In this document: positions 49,131 to 61,200 of the stretch, piece after piece
Layout of the letters: every line of letters begins with the position of its first letter
How positions within the stretch are numbered: position 1 is the first letter of the stretch
Assembly: GCA_013239625.1 (NCBI GenBank)
Contig: MU054338.1
Span: 6,798,724 to 6,862,723, forward strand
Origin: Lama guanicoe
Lineage: Eukaryota
Direction of reading: 5' to 3'
DNA length: 64,000 nucleotides
Made by a program: the position numbers and the translations under genes
Notes under the pieces: generated by a model
Seen by the model: the letters and a program-made list of their open reading frames with translations, nothing else
What the model was told of the DNA's origin: nothing
Database searches by the model: none

Positions 49131-52100
49131 GACGGGAGGGAAGAATTAGCAAGTAGAGTGCAGGATCCAGCGAGATCCTAAAAGACTGCGTGGAGTCTGG
49201 AATGGGGGAAGAGCAAGGGGGGCGTGCACATTGCGCATGGCTATGGTGTGGCGCTGGGGCGCTAGTGTCCGATCTGCTGGGGCGACTTATGGGTGTGACA
49301 GCTGGCGGGGGCCAAGGAAACGTGTGACCCTGTTTTACTGATCAATGCTCAGGGATAAATGCAATTTATAGGTGTGTGTGTGTACCAATGTCCGTGTGGA
49401 CATTAGGAGTGGAATTGTGTGTGTCCTGGTGTGGAAGTTAACGATGATTGTATGATTTTGGGTGTTGGGATGACCCCTGCGCAAGTACATGATTGAGTTG
49501 TGGGTAGGCAAGTGTGTGTCTGTGTGTGGGGGCTAATTTTGAGAATACCTGTGTGTATGTTATGCGTGTGATTGTATGTCTCTGGATGACCCTATGAGGG
49601 GTGTGGTTGTGATTTGAGAGGTATATAATTGCCCATGAGGATGATTCTGAGGGTGATGGTGACTGGGGACTAGTAGGGGAGGTGGTTAATCTGAGATTCA
49701 GAGCTCACTTTGCGTCTCCCCAAATGGCTTCACCCTATTCTCCATCTTCCTCCTCTGTCCCCAGTTGGCGCGAGCGCCCCCCTCCCCCAACTACTCCCAG
49801 CCCCTCCCCCCACCCGTGCTCCCCTGAGCCGAGATCAGCACCATGGACAGGGCCTCGGGAGGGCCTTGGTGAGGGGCGAGGCGGGGCGGGGCGCGGGGCG
49901 GGGCGGGGCGGAGCTCCAGCGGGGTCGGGGGAGTGGAAGTTGCTCCCCCCAGCAGAGCAAGCATCGGGTGTTTTTCCCGAGGAATTTCTCAGGGGCCCCC
50001 CTAGGGGTCCCGGGGGCCGCCGGACGGGTGAGTCAGCGCTGACGCACGCCCAGCTGTGCGCATCTGGCTGGAAGCCGCGCCCTGCCCCGCAGGGTTCTGG
50101 GTCGGGGGCGTCCCGGCTTTCGGGAAGGTCGTGATCCCTCAAGTGGTGAGGGGGCGTCCCTGGGCTGGGATACCCCAGGTCAGGCCTTCCCGGTAATCCC
50201 TCCCTAAAGTGAACTCAGACCCCTCCAAAGCCCCCGCCCCACCCCACACACTCTCACTTTCTCTGCAGTCCAGAGAGGTGCCCGCTCGCGCGGATAATCC
50301 CAAATTGGCCTACACCCCGTTCCCACGCTCACACATCCACACAGTCGTGCAGCCTCAGGCATCCATTCAGAATATAAGGCCCCAGGGACACCAGGAATGT
50401 TAAACACCTGGTGCCTACGCCCTGGCAACCCTATCAGCCACACGCCACACGGTCACAGTTTTTGTCACCCTCCTACGCTTTCAAAGTCTCACACACGCTA
50501 TCACTGGCATCCATACAACACAGTCAACATTCCCAACCAGTCACCCACTCACTGACTTGGCCACATTCTCACATAAATCCACACTCCTCCTTCTCAAGCC
50601 TGATCTATTACAATCACAGACTCCCCTGAGGGACCTGCAGACCTTTGAGCTCACTGCCAGGACCCCAGGACAAGTTAAAGAACTGCACCTAATCTCTCCA
50701 TCATAGGCCAAATCCTTGCACACATCAACACACCACAAAGGACACACTCAGCGAGTCCCTGATCCATATAGAGTCACACACGTGCTTGCACAATCTCATG
50801 CACGTACAGAATAGCACGTATACACATTTGCACAGATACTCACACCTCAGCTCTCCTACACTTCTGAGGGAGTCCCAGACATGTCCCAATCTGGTCCCTG
50901 CCTGCCTCCCTCCACATCCTAGACCCCACCACATCTCTCTGTGGTCCTGATCAGCCCAGGGGAGAGTCTGTGGGGGAAGGGCAAATTGGGTACTTGACAG
51001 ACCCCCACCCCTTGGCCCTGCAGGCAGGACTCAATGCCTCTTGTGTGTCTCCTTGTCACAAAGCCAGCCACGAAAAGAAAGGGCAGTTAGTTTCTGAAAG
51101 GTCATTACAGAAGGAACACAGATTGAAGCAGGAAACGTTTGGGTTAGATGCTGGGAAAGACTTTTTAAACGTGAATGAGCAGTTGGTTGAGGGGAGACCC
51201 CTTCCCACTGCAAAGAGGCTAGAGTCTGGGTGAAAGGAGAGCATGGGAGAGCCACACTGGGAAACAGGGATCTCAGATCTCCCTTGCATCCCAGCCTGGA
51301 GAGGGGGCAGCTGGGATGATCATTCCACCGGGGAGTGACCCTTGTGGTCAGCAGAGCCTGGGAGCCCAGATCTTAGCCCCAGGGGGCTGTAACCCAAATA
51401 CCTCTTAATGACAGCCCAGCCACAGAACAGGCAATTAGAGATGGGGCTGGTGGAGACAGCAGGGTTGGGGGGGTGGGTGTAGATGGAGAGAGAGAGATGG
51501 AAAGAGTAATCCACACACAGAGATATTTACATAGAGGCACAGAGATAGAGGCACACAGAGAGAAACAGATGTGAGAACCAACGAAGCACCAAGAGGCAGA
51601 GGCAGAGACAGCTAGAGAGTGAGAGAGAGCTAGGAAATAAGAGAGAGAGAGGGAAACAGAGAAACTGATTCAGAGCTGGGCACAGAAAGTGGGACAGAGA
51701 GAAGGCAGGGAGGGGAAGAGAAGAAAAAAAGCCGAGGGGATTGGAGGCAAGAGAGAGCCGAGACTGGAACAGGGCTCTGTAGAGTCTGGAGAATGAGAGG
51801 TCTGACCCAGGAGGAGCTGAGATGGGGGGCCCTCATCCAAGCCCATATCTCCCCCAAGTCTGGCCCCCTACCCTGGCTCCCAATGGTGAGGTCAGTAGAG
51901 CCGCCCCCGGGGTGAGGTCATGGCAAATTTGGCAGAAACTGGCTCCTGCCAAGAGGCTGGGTCAGGGGGTCAGTGGGACAGTCTGCTAGGGGAGGGAGGG
52001 GAGATCAGGCAGGGGCTTTGGGCCCAAGGAAAGACCCCGCCTACCCTTGCCCAAACCATGTGGTTCCACTTAGCATTGGCCAGGCTGCATGGGGGTGGGG

Positions 52101-55100
52101 CTGGTAGGACAAGCTTGGGTTAGGATCTGATTGTCCCTTTCTTTGCTGGGATGAGAGGGATAGGGTCAAAGAGAGGACGTCAGGGGTTATCAGAGAGAAG
52201 TGGTCAGAGGAGATTGTCAGAGAGGGTGATAAAATGAGGAAGTCACAGGTCAGACTGAGGAGAATGGTATTGGCAGAGGGAGGAGGTCAGGGTCAGGCAG
52301 AGGAAGGTCAGATGAGGTGGCCAGAATAAGTCAGGGCAGATCAGAGAAAGAGTGGTCAGAAGGAGGAAGTCCAAAGTGACAGCAGTCAAAGGGACATGTT
52401 TATGAGTGATGGTCAAGGAGGAGGTCATGGGAGATGACGGTCAAAGAGGAAGTCAGAAGGAAGAAGTCAGGGGAGGTGGTGGTCACAGGGAGGAGGTCAG
52501 AGGGAGGAGAGCCAAGGGAAGAGGTGGAGGAAGAACAGGCACGAGGAGCCCCTCCTCTCTAAGTGGGTTTCCCCTGGCAAGGGGGCTTTAGGCCCAGGAG
52601 GCAGACCAGGGGAGCTGTTGCGGGGGAGTGTGCAGAGGGGGACAATCTGGCTCTGGGGCTCAGGCCAGGAAGCTTTGATTCATCCCAGAACTAGGTCAGC
52701 TTTTTTTTTTTTTTCTCACCAAAAATAAAGGGGAAAAAAACCAAAGGGGAAAAAAAAAACCCCAAAACAAAACAAAAAACAGGAGTCAACAGGCCGATGA
52801 GGCCGGAACAGCTGTGGAGTGGTGGGGGGGGGTGAGTCCTAGGGGTCTCCTTTTCCAGGACCCACAAACCAAGTTGCGGGGGCTGAGTCCTTCAGACCCA
52901 AGTCACTCACACAGAGTCCTGGGCTTGTTCTAATTGCCCCGCACGCTGGCTTCTCCCCGCAGCAGACCTTGTGGATGTGCTGAAGTCTCTGGGCATGCGG
53001 GGGGGCCAGGCTGGGTTCCCTGAAGGGCCTGGCCTCTGCCCCCAGAGGACCTCGGGAGGTGACCGGGCATTCAGGGTGGGCAAGGCCACCACGATCGGTG
53101 TCCCCACGCGGGAGCTCTTTCAAGGTGAGTCAGGACGAGAGGGGTTATCCTGGGAGCATAGGTCACATTCAGACCATCTGAGCTACCCCTGTCCCTCTGC
53201 CCACCCAGATGGGCGCTTTCCTGAGAACTTCTCTGTGCTGATCACTCTGCGGGGCCAGCCAGCCAACCAGTCTGCCCTTCTATCCATCTACAATGAGGCC
53301 GGTGTCCGGCAGCTGGGCCTGGTGCTGGGGCCGGCTCTGGACCTCCTAGGTGACTCCTTCAGCCCCCTCCCCCAGCAGGTCAACCTCACGGATGGCAGGT
53401 GAATATAGGGAGGGTGGGGGATCCCAGGAGAAGTGGGGTGAGAAGCATCCCCACTGACACTGTCCCCTTGCAGGTGGCACCGTGTGGCTGTCAGTGTGGA
53501 CGGTGGGATGGTGACCCTGGTGGTTGACTGTGAACCTCAGGCCCCCATATTGGGCCACAAACCTCGATTCATCAGCCCAGCTGGACTTACTGTGCTGGGG
53601 ACCCAGGACCTCGGGGAGGAGACTTTCGAGGTAGCACTTCAGTGATAGGGGAAACTGAGGCAGATGGCAGGAGGGTTTTTCGCCCCCAGCCTGAACCTGG
53701 AGAAGAGTTTGGAGAAGGGAGCTATCTGGCTTCAAGCTTGCTCCAGGAAGCTGAGAGAAGGGAGTTCCAGGCATCACTGTGCCCCTTTGTAGTGTAGAAC
53801 TGTGAGACTGAAAAGCCACAAGTTGATCATTTTTGATGGTGCATATTTGACTTGTGGTGGGAGGATAAAGTTGTGATGTGTGGCTGCACTGGTTGTTGCG
53901 ATGGTGTGTGATTATGTGCCGGTGAGGCATGGCGTTGTGTCTCTGTGACAGATGTGTTTTTGATGTGGTGACTATTATGTGTGTCATAACAGTCCAGGGA
54001 CCTCATCTGTCTTGTTCCCCTCCTCATCCCCGGTACCTTGAAGAGCACCTGGCACAAAGTAGGTGTCATCATGTGCCAGAGAGTGAAAAATGAATGTATC
54101 TCAGATGGAGCAGATGTTGTGGGCTGTGGTTTCTGGTTGTGGTTTGGTGTGACCCTGATAGAATCTTCTTCCTCTCAGTTTTTGGGGGCAGAGGGATTTC
54201 TAGGGCTGTGGTGGAGCCACACTTCCTTACACTTAGGGTGCTTTGGGTGGAAAAATACTAGACCTTAATGCTTGGAATAGGGGCTGGAGTCAGCCTGTGA
54301 ACCCCTTCCCTGACCCCCACCCTCTCTCCAGGGAGATATTCAGGAGCTGCTGCTAAGTCCAGATCCTCAGGCTGCCTTCCAGGCCTGTGAGAAGCATCTT
54401 CCTGGCTGTGACAACCTGGACCCTACAGCCACAGGGGTGAGTGAGGGTCTTGTCCTGGGGTCTCAGGCTGAGTCATCCCTGGCTCCAGGTCTCAGGAATG
54501 AGTGAATTCTGAGCTATATCCATGGGGCTGAGCGCGGTCCTAGGCATGAGTCACCTCGGTCTCAGGTCATATAACTGACCTCTGGCTCCAGATCATATGG
54601 TTGATCTTGACGCCTGTTCGCAGGGCTGAGTGAACCCTGGCTTTAAAACACAGGACCTATGGACCATGAGCCAGAATGACCCCAGGTGATCTGAGTGATG
54701 GGGCCTCCATTCAGGGACGCTGGACTTGACTGAGGTCCTCTTCCCAGGTGCCCCAGGGGGAGCCAGAAACTGCCCCCCGTCGGCGGAAGGGAAAGGGAAA
54801 AGGAAAGAAAAAAGGGCGAGGTCGTAAGGGGAAGGGCAGGAAGAAGAAGAATAAGGAAAATTTGGCCCCGAGTCCACCTCCTGGCTCCCTGGAGAATCAG
54901 GTAAGGGATCTACGACTTCTCCCCTCTGCTCTTTGACTGGTCCCCACTGATCGCTGGTGCCTCATTCAAGGTCCCAAGTCTCCAGTCCCTGTCTTTTGAC
55001 TCCTCTCAGTTGACTGACCACTGTTGTGGGGTGGGGAGGCTGGTCCTGTCTTGTGAGCTCTCTCATATCTTCCCCCAACCTCCAGTTCTGGGGGGACTGG

Positions 55101-58100
55101 AGGGAGGGGGACACACCCAGATGAATACCTTATTATTAGGGGATTCTTGATGAGGGTTACTGTTTAAGGGGAGCCATTAGCTGAGATAAGTGATGGGCTC
55201 ATTAATATGTCATTGCTTGGGGTTGACTGGTTGGGGTAATTGGTGAGGGTTTTTCATTGGAGGAGCCACTGATTGGGGGGACACTATTTGGACACTCTGA
55301 TAGAGATCACTGGTTGGGGGGTCACCTGGAGCCAAGGATCAGTTATGTTTGGGGGTCATTGAAGGAGGCCGCTGTTGGTGTTATTGATGTCACCAGCTTA
55401 GGGTTAATGGTGGGGGGAGGTCATTGCTGAGGATCACTAGTTGGGGAGGTCAGCAGTGGGGACCATTGACTGGAAGGCACTAGTAGGGTCACGAGTTGGA
55501 GTCACTAGTTGGAGGATTAACTTTCAGGGGGTCATGAATGAGATAATTAGTTTGAGAGTCCCTGATGGGTAATTAGTGGAAAGTCACTGATGTGCCATTG
55601 GTTAGTGGAATTACTGTTTGGAGCTCATTGGTTGGGGAGCCATAGCTGAGCTCACTCATGGGTATTCATTGTCAGAGGAGCACTGGTTAGGAGGTCTAAC
55701 TGGTTAGGAGTCACTGGTGGGACTTATTAGTTGGGAGTCACTGGTTAGTACTTATTGTGGAGGGGTCATTGGTTGGGGAGGTCACTGGATGGGAGGGTAC
55801 TAATTGGAGCCACTGATGGGGGTCATTAACTGGGGAGGGGGCCACTGATGGGTTGGTTACATATGAATACCTGGTGAGAGGCTAGGCATGCTGTGGGTTA
55901 TTTGTAGGTGTATGGGTCATTGGTTAGGTTCCTTAGCGGGGATCATTGGTCATGGGTCATTAATTGGGGGGGGGTCATTAATGGGTCACTGGCTGTAGGA
56001 ATAATTGGGGGCTATTGATGGTGGTCATTCATTGAGAGGTCATTGTCTAGGTGTCCTGATGTGGCCCATTGGTTGGAGTCCCTAGTTGGAGGGTCACTGA
56101 TTATAGTACATCAGCTTTCAGCATCAGTGGGAAGAAAGAAGTTATCACTTCAGCCTAGAACAGGGACATCGGGAGTGACCTACCCTTCCTCAGCCCCTTC
56201 CTTAGCCCCAGCCCCTCACCTGGGCTACTGCCACCCCCTTTGAACCCACAACCCAGTTCCTCTGCAGCTGTCCAGGCCAGAAGGAGCTGCTACTCCCTCT
56301 CTGACGGCAGCCTGGCTGGTTGACCCCTGAGCTCTGCCTTGGGAGTGAACATACGGGATAGGCTTCCGGGAGTCTGGTCCTGAGTGCTGGACATTGACCC
56401 TGACCACTGGGCTCTGGAGCCAGCCCCACTCTGTCTTACAGGCCTCCCAGCCCTGGCCAGCCGTGCCCCCCTTCTACACATGAGGGCTCCCCCTGCTGGC
56501 TGTCCTGGTCCAGCCAGCACACCTTCACCTCCACCTCCACTGGCCCACCCCTGGACCTATACCCTCTGATGTTTTCAGGGAATCCTTCTCTACCCACCTC
56601 CCTAGACTGGGTGCTCCAGCAGGCAGGGCCTATCTCCTCCTTTGCCTTCCTTTTGTCTGGACTTGCCTGACACCAGACCTGATACTCTCTCTGTCCCTGC
56701 TCTAGACCTCCACTGACACCCTCAAGACAGAGACTCCAGCTCCAACTCTGCCTCTGCCTCCCACGCCTTTGGTCATCAGCACTACTGTGGCCACTGGTAG
56801 CAATGTCACCATCCTAGAGGTTGGTGGGAAGTGGACATGGGGCTGGAAGGGAAGGTCCTGGGGTAGTCGTGGTGGCAGACAATGAGGAGGTCAGGGGCAA
56901 ATTTTGGTCTGTCCCGTTGTCCTCAGGAGGGCCTGGACTCTGACAGTGGACCTGAACTAGGGACTCTGGAGACTGGGTTAGCCAAAGAAGATGAAGAAGG
57001 TGGCCCCACCATGGGCCCCCACTTCCGGGCAGCAGAACAGTCATGGAAGACTCAGTTCCAGATCTTTCCTGTGAGTCTGGGTGGCTGGGGGAATCTAGGT
57101 GCAAGGGGAGGGACTCCTGACTGGAGCCACACATGGCCACATTTTCTTTTTTGCTTTCTTTTTATCTTGCCTAGAAATCCTTCCCACCACCCCAGTGCAG
57201 TTGACAAATATTTATCTACAGACACTGGGCTAATGCGACAGGCACTGTGCTAATGAATGGCCTTGTGATTAGTGTGATTCAGACTTTTAGTCTGAGCATG
57301 TTGAGAAGCCACTTGAGATGGAACATGATCTCACTTAGGAGATTTATAAGCTCTTCCTGGCTGCCGAACTGCATGTGGACTGTAGGGGGAGCCAGAGGGG
57401 CAGCAGGGAAACCAGTAGCCTTTGCAACAGAGAGTGGGGACCTGGCTGAGGGTAGTGGTGGTTATGGTGGGGATAGAGAAAAGCAGACAGATTTGGGCCA
57501 TGCCCCACTTTGCTCTTGCCGCTGGAGGTGGAGAAAGATGCAAAGAGGACTGGGTAGATGTACCATGGCACTATTGGGTAAGACGGGGAAGCCTGAAGGG
57601 AGAGCAGGTGGAACGTGTCAAGGATCTCGTTTTTGGATGCCTTACATTGGCAACCCCTATTCAGCTGTCAATGTGGGCGATTTGGTTAGAAAATTCTGGA
57701 GTTCAAGGAAGATGGTTTAGGTTGTAGATAAAAACTTGGGGTTCATCAGCAGAGGGATGCTATCTTAGTGAAGCGATTGGATGAGATTACCTAAGAACAC
57801 AATGCAGACAGAAGGTGGCCCAGGTTCTAGCCTTGGTGTTGGACAGGGAAGAAGGTAAATAATCTTAATCAACTTACCCTGAGTGCCTGTTGTGTGCTAA
57901 GCACTGTTTTAACTTCTTCACCTTCCCGTGGGATATGTACAGTCGGCATTCACCCATGGACTTTGCAGGTGAGGCCATAGGAGTTGAATAATTTGCCCAA
58001 CATCACTTAGCCAGTGAAAGGCAGATCCAGGATTAGGACCCCAGAGCACATGTCAGAGTTCATGCTTTTCACCTTGCTGCAGCATGGCCAGCTTGAAACG

Positions 58101-58180
58101 CGAGACTGAGTGGCTCAAAACATATTGATTGAAGAAGTACAGCAGAAATAGCTCAGAGGGCGGACTCTACGCGCGCGCGC

Positions 58181-58213
<33 letters not shown>

Positions 58214-61200
58214 TGTGTGCGTGTGTGTGATGAATGTGATACCAGTCGGATGGGAGCTCTATGTCTGAGTTCCAGGGCTCACACCTCTTTTCTTTCCACC
58301 CTCTGCCCCAGGGCACTGGGGAGAAGGGAGAAAAAGGAGAACCGGCTGTGATTGAACAGGTGAGGGTCCCGGGGCTGGAGGAGGGGGAGGGGTCTGGGCT
58401 AGATTGGGGGTCACACTCATTTCTCCCCCAGGGGCAACAGTTTGAAGGCCCTCCAGGAACCCCAGGACCCCGAGTGAGTCTTGGCTGCATTCACCTCTTC
58501 CTGTCTTTTATTTCCACTTGGGGCATTTGATCCCCTGGGGTGGGGAGTTGGGGTGTAATATTGCCAGGTCATTCAAAGACTGTTGGATATTTGAAACTCG
58601 AGGGATGAATCAAAATAGAGATTGAGATGTAAAGTAAGGGGATTTTAAGGTTCAGTATAGTATTGAGAGGCCTGGATGGCTCAGTGATGGGGTAGGAAGA
58701 TCTGCATGGGATCAGGGTCAGCAGTGGGTCGGAAGTTAGCCTCGCTCAGACTCTGCAGTACTCATGACCTTTGTTCCTCTGTTCCCAACAGGGGGTGGTT
58801 GGCCCCTCAGGCCCTCCTGGGCCTCCAGGATTCCCTGGCGACCCTGGTCTACCGGTAAGAGACTCCCTCTGGATAACCTTCTGGGGGAGAGAGGTTTCAA
58901 GCTGTGGTGCTGAAGTTGGGAGGGTGGCTGGAACCGGGAACATCACCTTGGAGTTGGCACTGACCCCTTTCTGCTCGTCTTTCTCCTTGTCTGAATTATC
59001 ACTCTGGCTTCTCTTCTGTCCCTGGGGGCCTGTCCCCTGTTTCTTTCCTTCCGTCTCTATCCTTGAGTGTCCTTCATCTCTGTTTTTCTCCCTATGTCTC
59101 TGTCTCTTTCTTTATCTCTCTTCTGTCTGTCTCTCTGTTTCTATCTCTTTCGCTTTTTGCGACTCTTTCCTCCTCCTTCCATTTCTCTGTCTTTCTCTTG
59201 CCCTCTGTCTGCCTTCTCCCTACCTCTATCTTCCCCTGTCTCTCTCTCCTTTCTCTGGCTCTCCCTGCCTCCCTCTGTCCATCTCTCTGCCTTCATCTCT
59301 CTCTATCTCTCTCTCCTCCCCTCTATGTTTGTCTCACATCTCCGTTTCTCTCTGTTCCTTCCTGCCTTCATCCTTTCCTCCATCTCTCTGCCTCCATCGG
59401 TCTCTTTCTCTCTCCCTCTCTCAGGGCCCTGCTGGCCTCCCAGGAATTCCTGGCATTGATGGAATCCGGGGTTTACCAGGCACTGTGATCATGATGCCGG
59501 TAAGAGGAAGCTAGTGTGGCATGGCCTTGGGGGTGGATAGAATTCTGACCCAGGAGGGGGGCCTCTCTTTGTGGCTCCCCTCACTATGAGTTGCCCCTTA
59601 GTTCCAGTTTGCAGGAGACTCCCTCAAAGGACCCCCAGTCTCCTTCCAGCAGGCCCAGGCTCAGGCAATACTACAACAGGCTCAGGTGAGTGGAGGACAA
59701 CTGGGGGACTGACAGCAGGTAAACGGGAGGGTATCAAGAGAATGATAGGGGTGGGAGATAATGAATAGTCAGGAGACAGGTGGGTATTTGTCTCCTGAAG
59801 ATGTCTTTGTGGGGATGTTGGGAGACTTGTTGGAGACCTGAGGCTCTGTTCCCCTCCTTATCTCCAGCTCTCTATGAAAGGTCCCCCTGGCCCAGTGGGG
59901 CTCACAGGACGCCCAGGCCCTGTGGTGAGTAGGGAGGCTTCACAGAGGAGGGGATACATCAGTGGAGAGGGGCGAACTCCCTCTAACTGCACTATGCTGT
60001 CTCTCTTCCTGCAAGGGTCTCCCTGGGTATCCAGGTTTGAAAGGAGAGATGGGAGAAATGGGGCCACAGGTGAGACTGGTGAGGGTGGGGATGGGATTGG
60101 ATGGGAAAGTCTTCTCCTGGGGTTGCAGGATAAAGTGCTAGTTGGGAAAAATGACAAAGAGGTTGGGAGTACCCTTGCAATTACTGCCCTTCCCAGGGAA
60201 TGATTTAAACTAAGTCCTTCCTCCTTGTTGTTATTCCTTTTCTTCCTCTTTTTCTTTCTCTTCTAGGGTCCCCGAGGCCTTCAGGGACCTCATGGGCCAC
60301 CTGGCCGAGAGGGAAAGATGGTGAGTGACTCCTTGGTCCTCAGGTCATCCCTTATCCATCTCTCAACATCTCTGACATGAGCCTTAGCTCCGTGCTCCCG
60401 GGGTCTGCTGGTGTCATTTGTGGGATAAGACCACTGAGGACAAGTAATGATAGTCCACGGCGGGTGTGGCAAAGGGATCTGTCCAGGTCACAGAGAAAGG
60501 GAAGACTTGCCAGAAGGAAAGGTGTTTGAACTGAGATCTGAGGCATAACCAGGGAAACAGGAGAGGAAAGGCATTCCAAGTAGAAAGCACAGAACATGCG
60601 AAAGAGAAGACTGGCACGTTGGGGGAAATGATGAACAAGATGGTTCCAGATGGTTTTCAGGGCCATGAGGAACATACAGCAGTGCAATGAATGGAGACTG
60701 AAGATGAGGGTTCTTAATTTTTATGATGATGGTAACTTGGACTAGAGAAAGGGCACTTGGGATAAAGAATAATGGATGGGTTTGAAATATATTTGGGAGG
60801 TTAAACTGGTACACAGAGAAGCCCCCAGCATGGGATGCTGCATGAGGAAGGTGCTTGATACATGGTAGCAGGTATCTTGATGACGTCACCTCCCCATAGG
60901 GCCGCCCAGGAGCAGATGGGGCTCGAGGCCTCCCAGGGGACACAGGACCTAAGGTAGGTGACAGAGCCAGGACTGGGACTTGGAGGGACTGTCAGGGTAG
61001 AGGATTCAAGGCTCAGCTGCTGTCTCTTTGTGCAGGGGGACCGGGGATTTGATGGCCTGCCAGGGCTGCCTGGCGAGAAGGGCCAAAGAGTGAGTATCTG
61101 AGGCCCCTCCCCCATACTCAAGCCCCCTCCCGGTATTCATTACTCCCTCCCCACCCCCAGTATCAGAGCCTCCGTCCCTGTGTCTCTGTCCTCACCCCAC

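Noticed and set aside
58771..59514. 247-aa ORF in the six-frame track
   Set aside because: It is read-through of two collagen exons across a stop-poor CT-rich intron.
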